Assembly: GCA_013697245.1 (NCBI GenBank)
Contig: JACCXH010000047.1
Span: forward strand, 2,645 to 66,644
Source: Bacteroidota bacterium
Lineage (GTDB): Bacteria > Bacteroidota > Bacteroidia > B-17B0 > Aurantibacillaceae
Direction of reading: 5' to 3'
DNA: 64,000 nucleotides
The position numbers were made by a program, and so were the translations under genes. The notes below the pieces were generated by a model. It had not been told where the DNA came from, searched no databases, and worked only from the letters and a program-made list of their open reading frames with translations. Shown here in pieces: positions 37,963 through 47,909 of the stretch. Position 1 is the first letter of the stretch; each line of letters starts with the position of its first letter.

Positions 37963-38863
37963 ATGGAATTTATAGATTATTATAAAGTACTGGAGCTTAA
38001 TAAAACCGCCACAGAAGCTGAGACAAAAAAAAGCTTATCGTAAACTGGCGCGCAAATACCATCCTGACCTTAATCCAAATGACATTAATGCTAAAAGACA
38101 ATTTCAGCAAATTAACGAAGCTAATGAAGTTTTAAGTGATCCTGAGAAAAGAAAAAAGTACGATCAGCATGGTAAAGATTGGAAACATGCCGATGAATTT
38201 GAAAAAGCCGGAGGTCAGCAATATCAGGGTACAGGAGGATTTTCAGGGCAACAATCAGGAGGTGGAAATTTTTCGGAGAGTGATTTTTCAGATTTTTTCG
38301 GATCTATGTTTGGCTCGCAAGGAAAAAGAAAGACCGGTGGTTATAGCGGGCAGGATTATAATGCGGAATTACATCTTAACCTTAAAGACGTTTATACCAC
38401 TCACAAACAAACAATAACTGTAAACGGTAAAAGTATTCGCTTAACCATTCCTGCCGGTGTTGAAAATGGACAAATAATAAAAATTTCGGGACATGGCGGC
38501 GAAGGTGTGAATGGCGGACCAAATGGCGATCTTTATATAACTTTTACTATTTCTAACAATACTCAGTTTAAAAGAGAAGGAAAAGATTTTTATACGGATT
38601 TTGAATTGGATATTTATACAGCCGTGTTGGGTGGTGATATAACTATTGATACTTTTAACAGCAAGGTCAAATTGCTTGTTAAACCTGAAACGCAGAATGG
38701 TACAAAAGTAAAATTAAAAGGAAAAGGTTTTCCGATTTATAAAAAAGAAGGAGAATTTGGCGATTTATTTGTAACCTACAAAATAAAAATCCCAACTAAT
38801 TTAAGCGATAAAGAAAAAGAATTATTTAAAGAACTAGCAAAGATCAGGAACAATGGAAATTGA
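37963..38863 (+). pseudogene. cbpA: DnaJ-class curved-DNA-binding protein CbpA, frameshifted by one extra A in the A8 tract at 38025-38032
   Basis: ATG 37963 gives [12 protein letters not shown]...EAETKKSLS*. The +1 frame continues [15 protein letters not shown]...[11 protein letters not shown] into the DnaJ C-domain ending at 38863; cbpM follows. Confidence 0.85.
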
Positions 38864-39143
38864 AAATTTTATACCGGCAAAACAATTTTGTGAGGTCTAT
38901 GAAATAGATCTTGCTTTTATTAATTCCTTAAACGAATCGGGTCTTATATCTATTACTGTTTTTCAAGATGTTGATTATGTTGAAAAAGAGAAAATAAAAG
39001 AACTTGAAAAAATGGTTCGCCTGCATTATGAGCTGGAAATTAACCTCGCTGGCATTGAAGCTATTTCACATTTATTAAAGAAAGTGGATACCTTACAAGA
39101 TGAAATTACAGCGCTTAAAATAAAATTAAAACTATTTGAATAA
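38853..39143 (+). CDS. cbpM: Chaperone modulator CbpM (MerR-like HTH)
   Basis: [20 protein letters not shown] motif; overlaps the cbpA stop. Confidence 0.85.
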   Translation: MEIENFIPAKQFCEVYEIDLAFINSLNESGLISITVFQDVDYVEKEKIKELEKMVRLHYELEINLAGIEAISHLLKKVDTLQDEITALKIKLKLFE

Positions 39144-39145
39144 AG

Positions 39146-39718
39146 TTAACCTTTCATAAACTCTTTTACCGCATCATTAAAGAATAGTTTAAAATTGTCT
39201 TCCAATTCTTTTTCGTGGAGTTTAAAAATAGCAATGGAATCGTTTAGCATTACATTGTGTTTTATTCTATGCGATAAATGAAATAATACTTTTTCAATTC
39301 CTGCTATTGAAGAATATTCATAGTAAATATTATTTTTTATAACATAATCTAAAAAATTCGAACTGCTCTTGGGTAAAAGCTGCTCACTTTCAGAATAAAT
39401 AGTATAAACGTTATCACAAAATTCCTTTAAATGAATAGTTGAATAATTACTGAAATTTTTAGCTAATAAATGATCAAAATAAATATCAATTAAAATACCA
39501 CTGTAACGTTCAAAATCCTTATAAAATAAACGTTTGCTAGATTTGAACCGTTCATGTGAATCTGTAAAAGTATCGATCTTACGATGCAAATAAATGCCTT
39601 CAATTATTTCAGGTGAATAATTACTAAAATTGTTTCCCCGTAAATGATCTGCAATAAAATTACCGATCAATAAATTGGTATTATTGTTTGATAAAAATGC
39701 GTGTGCCAGGTAATTCAT
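39146..39718 (-). CDS. acpH: ACP phosphodiesterase (AcpH/DUF479)
   Basis: MNYLAHAFLS, GNFIAD, LHRKIDTFTD and DIYFDH motifs. Confidence 0.85.
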   Translation of the reverse strand: MNYLAHAFLSNNNTNLLIGNFIADHLRGNNFSNYSPEIIEGIYLHRKIDTFTDSHERFKSSKRLFYKDFERYSGILIDIYFDHLLAKNFSNYSTIHLKEFCDNVYTIYSESEQLLPKSSSNFLDYVIKNNIYYEYSSIAGIEKVLFHLSHRIKHNVMLNDSIAIFKLHEKELEDNFKLFFNDAVKEFMKG

Positions 39719-39746
39719 TTAATACTAAATTACGTATTTTTACAGA

Positions 39747-40442
39747 ATGAATATTTTTATTGCAGTGGTAGATGCAGGTAAAGGAACACTTACAAGTGAA
39801 GAAAGTTGGCATTGTACAAAAGTTTTACGCAAAAAAGCCGGAGATCCAATTCAATTAATTGATGGGATAGGTAATTTTTATGAAGCTATTTTAGAATTGG
39901 TTACCGATAAAAAATGTATCGCTAAAATAACTTCTGGCCCTTTACTACAACCCAAAAGGAATTATTATTTGCATTTAGCCATTGCACCAACAAAACAAAT
40001 TGACAGAATAGAGTGGATGATAGAAAAGGCAGTAGAGATGGGAATTGATGAAATTAGTTTTATTATTTGTCAAAATTCAGAAAGAACAACGCTTAAACAA
40101 GATAGGACCCTTAAGATCGTTGAAAGTGCTGTAAAACAGAGCTTACAGGCTTACTTGCCAAAAATAAATGAGTTAATGCCATTTAAAGAAATAATTAATT
40201 CTGTTAAAGCAGATCAGAATTTAATTGCGCATTGTTTTGATTCCGAAAAAGAAAATATAAAGCAAATAGAGTTTAAAAATAAAAGCAGTTTAATTTTAAT
40301 TGGCCCTGAAGGTGATTTCACCAAAGAAGAAGTTAGCCTTGCTTTAAAGAATAAATTTAAAGCTGTTAGTTTTGGCACCAATCGGCTAAGAACAGAAACT
40401 GCCGGGCTTTATGTTTGCCAGGCAGCTTCGCTTTTATCTTAA
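39747..40442 (+). CDS. rsmE: 16S rRNA m3U1498 methyltransferase
   Basis: HCTKVLR, EKAVEMG, IGPEGDF and RLRTETAG motifs. Confidence 0.95.
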   Translation: MNIFIAVVDAGKGTLTSEESWHCTKVLRKKAGDPIQLIDGIGNFYEAILELVTDKKCIAKITSGPLLQPKRNYYLHLAIAPTKQIDRIEWMIEKAVEMGIDEISFIICQNSERTTLKQDRTLKIVESAVKQSLQAYLPKINELMPFKEIINSVKADQNLIAHCFDSEKENIKQIEFKNKSSLILIGPEGDFTKEEVSLALKNKFKAVSFGTNRLRTETAGLYVCQAASLLS

Positions 40443-40455
40443 AATAATTTTTTAT

Positions 40456-41019
40456 TTATAGTAAAGAAGTGATATCTGTGCTTAAAGGATCAACTTTACT
40501 TGGGAAGAATTTAATGATAGTACCTTTTTCATCAATTAAGTATTTACAAAAATTCCAATTTGGAGCGCTTTCAGTTACACCATTTGCAGCTTTATTACAT
40601 AACCATTTATATAAAGGAGCGGCATCTGCACCGGCAACACTAATTTTATCCATCATCTGAAAAGTTACACCGTAATTTTTTGTGCAAAAACTTTTTATAT
40701 CCTTGTTACTTCCTGGTTCTTGTTTACCAAAATTATTTGCCGGGAAGCCGACTAACACTACTTTACTTCCATACTGCTCATGTAAAGCCTGAAGATTTTT
40801 ATATTGTGGTGTAAAACCACATTCACTTGCTGTATTTATTAATAACATTTTTTTACCTTTAAATTTAGCCAATGTTATTTCTTCGCCATCAATGGTTTTA
40901 AGTTTAAAATCATAAATGCTTGGTAGAGGTTGTTTTTTAGTTGTTGTACCTGCCCAAAAGACAGCAATAGCAGCTATAATTAAAAATAAGCCGCCGATTT
41001 TTAAAATTGAATTTTTCAT
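40456..41019 (-). CDS. Glutathione peroxidase (Cys-type) with N-terminal hydrophobic anchor
   Basis: NTASECGFTPQY, GFPANNF and WNFCKYLIDE motifs. Confidence 0.92.
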   Translation of the reverse strand: MKNSILKIGGLFLIIAAIAVFWAGTTTKKQPLPSIYDFKLKTIDGEEITLAKFKGKKMLLINTASECGFTPQYKNLQALHEQYGSKVVLVGFPANNFGKQEPGSNKDIKSFCTKNYGVTFQMMDKISVAGADAAPLYKWLCNKAANGVTESAPNWNFCKYLIDEKGTIIKFFPSKVDPLSTDITSLL

Positions 41020-41037
41020 GGTTAATAGGTTAATTTA

Positions 41038-43851
41038 TTATTTACTAAGATACAAATTTCTTTCACTATAAATGTTTTGAAAATATTCATCATATAGATC
41101 ATCAATAAAATAAATAGCTTCCCCGGTGCTCTTCATCTCTGGCCCAAGCTCTTTTTGGATCTCAGGAAACTTTTCGTAGCTAAACACAGGCACTTTAATC
41201 GCATAACCTTTTTGGTAAGGTGTAAATTTAAAGTCCTTTAATTTTGCCCCTAACATTACTTTGGTTGCATAATTAACATACGGTTCACGGTACGCCTTTG
41301 CAATAAAAGGAACAGTGCGACTGGCACGTGGATTAGCTTCTATGATATAAACTACTTCGTCTTTAATAGCGAATTGAATATTTAATAAACCAACAGTTTT
41401 TAAAGCCAGTGCAATTTTACGGGTATGATCTTCAATTTGTTTAATAACGTTTGGACTAAGATCAAACGGTGGAAGCACAGCATAACTGTCTCCGCTATGA
41501 ATCCCTGCCGGTTCTATGTGTTCCATGATGCCAATAATGTAAACATCTTCTCCATCGCAAATAGAATCCGATTCCGCTTCAATAGCACCTTCTAAAAAGT
41601 GATCGAGCAAAACTTTATTATCAGGAAGATCGTTCAGTAATTTAACTACGTGCTGTTCTAATTCTTCTTCGTTTATCACGATCTTCATGCTTTGTCCGCC
41701 TAACACGTAGCTGGGACGCACTAATAGTGGAAAGCCCAACTCTTTTGATAATTCGATACCTTCTTCAGCATCTTTAATAACTCCAAATTGTGGATAAGGA
41801 ATATCATTGTCTCTTAAAAGATTTGAAAAACTTCCCCGGTCTTCCGCAAGGTCAAGTGATTTAAAATCTGTGCCGATGATCTTAATGCCGTAACGATCCA
41901 GTTTTTCGGCTAGTTTTAAAGCGGTTTGTCCACCCAATTGCACAATAACGCCCTCGGGTTTTTCGTGTAAGATAATGTCATAAATATGTTCCCAGAAAAC
42001 CGGCTCAAAATATAACTTATCGGCAGTGCTAAAATCTGTACTAACGGTTTCGGGGTTGCAGTTTATCATAATTGTTTCGTAACCCATTTCTTTTGCAGCC
42101 AAAACACCATGCACGCAACTATAATCAAATTCAATACCTTGTCCAATACGGTTTGGGCCACTTCCCAGGATCACTACTTTCTTTTTGTTTGAGCTTACAC
42201 TTTCGTTCTCATCTTCAAATGTAGAGTAGTAGTAAGGTGTTTTGGCTTCAAACTCTGCGGCGCAGGTATCAACCAATTTAAATACACGTTTTATTCCTAA
42301 GCTATCGCGTTTAGTAAAAACTTCGCTTTCTAAACATTTTAAGAGGTGCGCAATTTGCCTGTCGGCATAACCTTTTTGTTTTGCTTCGTATAAAAGATCT
42401 TTTGATAAGTTGCTGATATTAAATTTAGAGATCTCGTTCTCAAGGGCGATCATTTCTTCGATCTGGCCTAAGAACCACATATCGATCCTGGTTAATTTTT
42501 GAATGGTCTTTGTTGAGATACCAATTTTCATAGCATCATAGATCATAAATAAACGGTTCCAGCTTGGACGCTCTAATGCATTTAATAATTCCTGCTGGTT
42601 AGTAATTTCTCTTCCGTCTGCACCTAAGCCATTTCTTTTAATTTCTAAACTCTGACATGCTTTTTGTAATGCCTCCTGAAAACTGCGCCCAATGCCCATT
42701 ACCTCGCCAACCGATTTCATTTGGAAACCTAATTCACGGTTACAACCTTTAAATTTATCAAAGTTCCAACGTGGAATTTTTACAATAACGTAATCTAAAG
42801 TTGGTTCAAAGTACGCCGAAGTTGATTTTGTAATTTGATTAATTAATTCATCCAAACGGTAACCAATAGCCAGTTTACTTGCAATACGGGCAATAGGATA
42901 GCCTGTGGCCTTACTTGCTAATGCTGATGAGCGCGATACACGTGGGTTAATTTCAATAGCAATAATATCTTCTTTATCATCATTACTTACTGCAAACTGC
43001 ACATTGCAACCACCGGCAAAATTTCCAATGCTACGCATCATTTTAATGGCCATGGTGCGCATGCGCTGATAGGTGCTATCGCTTAAGGTCATTGCCGGTG
43101 CAACGGTAATACTATCGCCGGTATGCACACCCATTGGATCAAAATTTTCTATCGAACAAATAATGGCCACATTATCACTTTGATCGCGTAATAGTTCTAA
43201 CTCAAATTCTTTCCAGCCCAGAACGGCTTTATCAATTAATACTTCATGTATTGGTGATGTTTGCAAACCTCGGTTCAATAAAGCATCAAAATTTTCTTTT
43301 TCATAAACTACAGAGCCCCCGCTACCGCCAAGGGTAAATGAGGGACGAATAACCAATGGAAAACCAAATTCCTGAGCAACGTTCTTTCCTTCTAAAAATG
43401 ATTTTGCAATTTTACTTGGTGCCATTGCTACACCAATTTCATTCATGCGGATACGGAATAGGTCGCGGTCTTCAGTAACTTTGATCGCGTCAATATCAAC
43501 ACCGATCATTCGCACATTATATTTTTTCCAGATACCTAGATCTTCACATTTTAATGCCAGGTTTAAAGCGGTTTGCCCACCCATTGTTGGCAATACCGCA
43601 TCGATCTTATGCGCTTCTAGAATTTTAATGATCGATTTTACTTCCAAGGGTAATAAATAAATATTATCTGCAGTAACCTTATCGGTCATAATAGTTGCGG
43701 GATTAGAGTTGATCAGTGTCACCTCGATCCCTTCTTCGCGAAGGCTTTTTGCAGATTGTGAGCCTGAATAATCAAACTCGCATGCCTGGCCAATAACTAT
43801 TGGGCCCGAACCGATAATAAGTACAGATTTTATGGATGTATCTTTAGGCAT
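41038..43851 (-). CDS. carB: Carbamoyl-phosphate synthase large subunit
   Basis: IGSGPIVIGQACEFDYSG, duplicated ATP-grasp domains and GSGPNRIGQGIEFDY; TATCTTTG box at 43878-43885. Confidence 0.97.
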   Translation of the reverse strand: MPKDTSIKSVLIIGSGPIVIGQACEFDYSGSQSAKSLREEGIEVTLINSNPATIMTDKVTADNIYLLPLEVKSIIKILEAHKIDAVLPTMGGQTALNLALKCEDLGIWKKYNVRMIGVDIDAIKVTEDRDLFRIRMNEIGVAMAPSKIAKSFLEGKNVAQEFGFPLVIRPSFTLGGSGGSVVYEKENFDALLNRGLQTSPIHEVLIDKAVLGWKEFELELLRDQSDNVAIICSIENFDPMGVHTGDSITVAPAMTLSDSTYQRMRTMAIKMMRSIGNFAGGCNVQFAVSNDDKEDIIAIEINPRVSRSSALASKATGYPIARIASKLAIGYRLDELINQITKSTSAYFEPTLDYVIVKIPRWNFDKFKGCNRELGFQMKSVGEVMGIGRSFQEALQKACQSLEIKRNGLGADGREITNQQELLNALERPSWNRLFMIYDAMKIGISTKTIQKLTRIDMWFLGQIEEMIALENEISKFNISNLSKDLLYEAKQKGYADRQIAHLLKCLESEVFTKRDSLGIKRVFKLVDTCAAEFEAKTPYYYSTFEDENESVSSNKKKVVILGSGPNRIGQGIEFDYSCVHGVLAAKEMGYETIMINCNPETVSTDFSTADKLYFEPVFWEHIYDIILHEKPEGVIVQLGGQTALKLAEKLDRYGIKIIGTDFKSLDLAEDRGSFSNLLRDNDIPYPQFGVIKDAEEGIELSKELGFPLLVRPSYVLGGQSMKIVINEEELEQHVVKLLNDLPDNKVLLDHFLEGAIEAESDSICDGEDVYIIGIMEHIEPAGIHSGDSYAVLPPFDLSPNVIKQIEDHTRKIALALKTVGLLNIQFAIKDEVVYIIEANPRASRTVPFIAKAYREPYVNYATKVMLGAKLKDFKFTPYQKGYAIKVPVFSYEKFPEIQKELGPEMKSTGEAIYFIDDLYDEYFQNIYSERNLYLSK

Positions 43852-43932
43852 AAAAGAGAGAAAATTTAAAATTCGAGCAAAGATAATACAGAGATGGATT
43901 TGATGAAATAAAGATATTGACGAGATATCAAT

Positions 43933-43964
43933 AAAAAACCCGAAACTGTTGCGTCTCGGGTTTT
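43933..43964 (-). terminator. Rho-independent terminator of the RRM gene
   Basis: Minus-strand hairpin AAACCCGAGAC/GTTTCGGGTTT followed by a U-run. Confidence 0.8.
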
Positions 43965-43991
43965 GTTTTAATGGGATAGTATAAAAAAGGA

Positions 43992-44270
43992 TTACTCTGC
44001 AGAGTTAGTTGGCTGACTATCAGTTTCTCTTTTGCCTTTGGCTTCAGCCACCACGATGTCGCGATCCTGATGATTTGTTCCATTTAATGCGGCAATTGCT
44101 GCATTGGCTTCATTATCATTTGGCATTTCAACAAAACCATAACCTTTGCTGCGGCGGGTTTCTTTATCCTTGATAATTCTTACACTGGCTACTTCGCCAT
44201 ATTGCGAAAATAATTCGCTTAGAGATTGTTCTCTAACTTTAAAGCTAATGTTGCTAACAAAAATGTTCAT
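43992..44270 (-). CDS. RRM (RNP-1) RNA-binding protein
   Basis: IFVSNI (RNP2) and KGYGFVEM (RNP1) motifs. Confidence 0.95.
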   Translation of the reverse strand: MNIFVSNISFKVREQSLSELFSQYGEVASVRIIKDKETRRSKGYGFVEMPNDNEANAAIAALNGTNHQDRDIVVAEAKGKRETDSQPTNSAE

Positions 44271-44343
44271 AATAATTTAATCTTGGAATTTGTATTATAA
44301 AGGTAATTAAAATAACTAAATCTCCAAATATTTGTTAAATTAT

Positions 44344-44976
44344 TTATTTTTCAGTGTTTATAGGGCCTAAGGCCTCTAAAATGACGTCTTTAATTGTTAA
44401 ATACGTGTCGTTATAAGCAATATTTTTGGCTTCTTTTTCAGAAAACCAAATAGCTGCATCTATATTTTCTTCGGTTTGAGGTACCAGTTTTTGATCGTGT
44501 TTGGTGCTCATGTAAAACCAATAAGTTTGTTTTAACGCAAAACCGGTTTTGTAAGAATAAATATGATAAGTTGACGAGAGTTGTTTAGTAATACTTAAAT
44601 TTTTTACAGCGCACTCTTCTTCACATTCTCTTATTGCTGCATCCTCTATTTTTTCACTTAGCTCTAATTTTCCTTTTGGTAGGTCCCATTTCCCTAATCG
44701 GTGGATAAATAAATACTGTTGATCTTTTTCTATAAAACCACCCGCGGCTTCGATATAAAAGGAAGAGTCTTTAAAATAATTGATAACCTGTTCAATATCA
44801 TAATTTAAAATCATAATAGAATTTAAATCTATTTTATCTAAAAAATCATCGATAATAACTTTTAACGTTTGTTGATTTTCTTTTTCGTAAATCTTAATTG
44901 TTTGATTTTGCGAAGATTGAGTTTGAGTTTTATCAAATACAATAAATTTATTATTATAATATATTTTTTTGTTCAT
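44344..44976 (-). CDS. NUDIX hydrolase
   Basis: GKLELSEKIEDAAIRECEEEC Nudix box; start likely MNKKIYY. Confidence 0.88.
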   Translation of the reverse strand: MNKKIYYNNKFIVFDKTQTQSSQNQTIKIYEKENQQTLKVIIDDFLDKIDLNSIMILNYDIEQVINYFKDSSFYIEAAGGFIEKDQQYLFIHRLGKWDLPKGKLELSEKIEDAAIRECEEECAVKNLSITKQLSSTYHIYSYKTGFALKQTYWFYMSTKHDQKLVPQTEENIDAAIWFSEKEAKNIAYNDTYLTIKDVILEALGPINTEK

Positions 44977-45019
44977 AAAAAAGTGCGTTAAACTATAAAA
45001 CAAAATCTAAATTTGCCGA

Positions 45020-45673
45020 ATGACTTCGTTTGATAACCCAGCGTATAAAGTTGCTGAATTTTTATTACAAATAAAAGCTGTAAAGCTTCAACCTGAAAAA
45101 CCATTTACCTGGGCGAGTGGAATTAAATCGCCTATTTATTGTGATAACCGAAAAACGCTTTCATACCCACAGATCCGCACATTTATTCGTCAAACATTTG
45201 TTGATACTATCAATAAACACTTTGCAAAACCTGATGTAATTGCCGGCGTTGCAACAGGAGGCATTGCCATGGGCGCCTTAATTGCTCAAGAAATGGGCTT
45301 GCCTTTTGTATACGTTAGAAGTGAAGCAAAAAAACACGGCTTAACTAATTTGATAGAAGGCGATGTAGAAAGTGGACAAAATGTGGTTGTTATTGAAGAT
45401 CTTATTAGCACCGGAGGCAGCAGCTTAAAAGCCGTTGAAGCTCTACGTGAAAAAGGATGTACTGTAAAAGGAATGGCTTCCATTTTTACTTATGGTTTTG
45501 ATGAAGCGGAACAAAGTTTTAAAAAAGCAAAATGTAATTTAAAAACCTTAACGGATTACAATACTTTAATTAATACTGCTTTAACTAAAGAGTATATTAC
45601 CGATAAGGATATGGCAAGCCTTAAACAATGGCGCTCAAATCCTTCGGGCTGGGCGCAAACTTTAGTTAAATAA
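45020..45673 (+). CDS. pyrE: Orotate phosphoribosyltransferase
   Basis: FTWASGIKSPIYCD and VVVIEDLISTGGS motifs; TAAATTTG box 4 nt upstream. Confidence 0.95.
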   Translation: MTSFDNPAYKVAEFLLQIKAVKLQPEKPFTWASGIKSPIYCDNRKTLSYPQIRTFIRQTFVDTINKHFAKPDVIAGVATGGIAMGALIAQEMGLPFVYVRSEAKKHGLTNLIEGDVESGQNVVVIEDLISTGGSSLKAVEALREKGCTVKGMASIFTYGFDEAEQSFKKAKCNLKTLTDYNTLINTALTKEYITDKDMASLKQWRSNPSGWAQTLVK

Positions 45674-45680
45674 AATTTCC

Positions 45681-46094
45681 GTGTCGGCTTTTACCATTAT
45701 TAGCGAAACTAATTCAACACAATCTACTTTAAAAAGTTTATTCGATTTTTTAAGTGACTTTAAAAATTTCGGATCTATTTTGCCGGAAGATAAAGTAGAG
45801 GATTTTAAATTTACAGACACCGAATGCTCTTTTAATATTAAAGGCATTACACCAATGACCATTAAAAAAGTAGAAGCAAAGCCACATGAGTTTATTTTAT
45901 TTTCGAGCCAGGGTTTAGCGAAATTTAATTTTAGTTTAAAGGTTTTTTTTATTGGCGATTCATTGCAAAAAGGACAATGTAAAATAGAATTGATGGGAGA
46001 TCTGAATCCATTTATTAAAGCAATGGCCGAAAAACCTTTAACTGCGCTTACCAACTCCATGTCATTAAAATTATCTCAGTTAAATTTAAATTAA
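45681..46094 (+). CDS. SRPBCC/START-like protein
   Basis: LFDFLSDFKNFGSILP and LNPFIKAMAEKPL pattern, typical downstream of pyrE in Bacteroidota. Confidence 0.7.
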   Translation: MSAFTIISETNSTQSTLKSLFDFLSDFKNFGSILPEDKVEDFKFTDTECSFNIKGITPMTIKKVEAKPHEFILFSSQGLAKFNFSLKVFFIGDSLQKGQCKIELMGDLNPFIKAMAEKPLTALTNSMSLKLSQLNLN

Positions 46095-46095
46095 C

Positions 46096-46377
46096 ATGAA
46101 AATTAACGCTGCCATACAATTATTACCGTTAAAGACAAATGAAGACAGGTACTCTGTTGTTGATAAAGCTATTGACCTCATTAATAAAAGTGGTTTAAAT
46201 TATAAAGTGTGCCCTTTTGAAACTGTTGTTGAAGGAGAACCTGATGCAGTTTATAAACTGATTCAACAAATTCAAATAGAAATATTAAAAAATGGTTGCG
46301 ATGAATTAATTTTAAATATAAAAATTCACGCAGCAAATCGCGACCTTACTTTCCAGGAAAAATTAGAGAAGTATTGA
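46096..46377 (+). CDS. Thiamine-binding (MTH1187/YkoF) family protein
   Basis: IQLLPL...VDKAI..I..SGLNYKVCPFETVVEG pattern. Confidence 0.85.
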   Translation: MKINAAIQLLPLKTNEDRYSVVDKAIDLINKSGLNYKVCPFETVVEGEPDAVYKLIQQIQIEILKNGCDELILNIKIHAANRDLTFQEKLEKY

Positions 46378-46551
46378 TGCTTTCTACAATTACTTTTTAC
46401 TGGAAATTTATTTTCAATTTTAAATAGTTTATTATCAGTAAGTTAATCTCTGATGTTTTTAAAATAAAAATGCTGCCCAACCATTTTTAGATTCTTTATG
46501 TAATGGTGTTATAGAGATCAAAATTTATACACTCTTAATAAAAAATTTAAA

Positions 46552-47427
46552 ATGAAAAAAATCACAACAATTTTAAAACTACAGGCTAAACCAAACTTTA
46601 AGGCATTTTTAATGTTGGTATGCTTATTCTTTTTCTTCGGAAATGCAAAGTCAATATGCAATTTAAACGCTGGTTTTAATTATACTGTTGGTGCCAATGG
46701 TGTGGTAAATTTTGCAAGTACATCAACAGGTACTGCAGTTACAACAAATCATCAATGGTTCTTTTATCAGGGCTCTTCATTCGGGCAAACAACTACTCAC
46801 AGCTATTCAAATAACGGAACCTATCCCGTTACATTATATTTATCAGATTCTTTATGTACCGATTCAATTACAAAATATATTACTATAAATAATTTAAGCT
46901 GTAACCTCAATGCTAATTTTAATTACACCGTTTCACCAAATGGTGTAGTTCATTTTGCAAGTAATACTACCGGTGTAGGTCCTTTTGCCAATTATTACTG
47001 GTACTTTGGTGATTCAAATGTTGGTTCGGGGCCAACGATAACTCATACATATTCAACGTCAGGAATATACCAGGTTAATTTGCATGTGTATGATTCATTA
47101 TGTAGCGATTCGATGGTAATAACCATTAATACCAATCTGATTTCCGGGTTAAAAAATAATAATAGTGCAATTACTTCAGTAAAAGTATATCCAAATCCAA
47201 ATAACGGAGAGTTTATAATTAACTTAAGTAATGTTGATTTAAATAAAACCACAGGGGTTTTAATTTATAATAGTTTGGGTCAGGTTATTTACAAGGATGA
47301 AGAGTTTTGTAAAAGTGATATCAGTAAAAAAATAAATTTAGAGGAAATTCCAAATGGTGTTTATTTTCTAAAGATTGATAATGGAAAAGAAAATAAAGTA
47401 AGCCGAATAATTATTCAAAATAAATAA
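46552..47427 (+). CDS. Secreted tandem-PKD protein with T9SS type A CTD
   Basis: Two C-x-LNA(G/N)FNYT...W(F/Y)F...THxY PKD repeats; VYPNPNNG...GVYFLKI CTD. Confidence 0.82.
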   Translation: MKKITTILKLQAKPNFKAFLMLVCLFFFFGNAKSICNLNAGFNYTVGANGVVNFASTSTGTAVTTNHQWFFYQGSSFGQTTTHSYSNNGTYPVTLYLSDSLCTDSITKYITINNLSCNLNANFNYTVSPNGVVHFASNTTGVGPFANYYWYFGDSNVGSGPTITHTYSTSGIYQVNLHVYDSLCSDSMVITINTNLISGLKNNNSAITSVKVYPNPNNGEFIINLSNVDLNKTTGVLIYNSLGQVIYKDEEFCKSDISKKINLEEIPNGVYFLKIDNGKENKVSRIIIQNK

Positions 47428-47434
47428 TTTACAG

Positions 47435-47469
47435 AAAAAGCCATTCTAATAATTTAGAGTGGCTTTTTT
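47435..47469. terminator. Bidirectional intrinsic terminator between convergent genes
   Basis: AAAAAGCCATTCTAA/TTAGAGTGGCTTTTT stem with A- and T-runs on either side. Confidence 0.85.
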
Positions 47470-47470
47470 A

Positions 47471-47902
47471 TTAATAACCGGCGCGGCTGGCATCATAAGC
47501 GTTAAACGTGCCTAATGATTTTGCAAGTAATTTATTTTCACGGTTACTGCAAAACACATCGCAGGTGATAATTAAAATGCGCTTACCTTTTTGCTCCACT
47601 TTTGCTTTGGCAATTAAGTGATCGCCTAATAAGGCGGGAGACAAAAAATTTAATTTATACTCAATAGTACTTACTACTTTATTTTCTTTATAAACGCAGG
47701 ATAATCCGGCTACGCCTAGTGCACCATCAATTAAAGCGGAGGTAACGCCACCATGAGCCGCGTTGGGTGTTGACAAATGTTCTTTTTTTATTACTAACGA
47801 ATATTCAACAAGTCCTTCAGAAATAATTTTAAAATCCATACCAATAAATTTCCCAAAAAAATTGTTTTCGATGTAACGCTCTATCAATGTTTTTTCGCTC
47901 AT
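47471..47902 (-). CDS. PaaI family thioesterase
   Basis: NAAHGGVTSALIDGALG and TIEYKLNFLSP motifs. Confidence 0.88.
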   Translation of the reverse strand: MSEKTLIERYIENNFFGKFIGMDFKIISEGLVEYSLVIKKEHLSTPNAAHGGVTSALIDGALGVAGLSCVYKENKVVSTIEYKLNFLSPALLGDHLIAKAKVEQKGKRILIITCDVFCSNRENKLLAKSLGTFNAYDASRAGY

Positions 47903-47909
47903 AGTTGTT

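Noticed and set aside
40456-41019. Possible selenocysteine glutathione peroxidase
   Set aside because: The active site reads ASECG with an ordinary Cys codon and there is no in-frame TGA.
41038-43851. carB is only 937 aa and lacks the C-terminal MGS-like domain
   Set aside because: Short CarB is a familiar Bacteroidota form; both ATP-grasp halves and a clean stop are present, so it is not a truncation.
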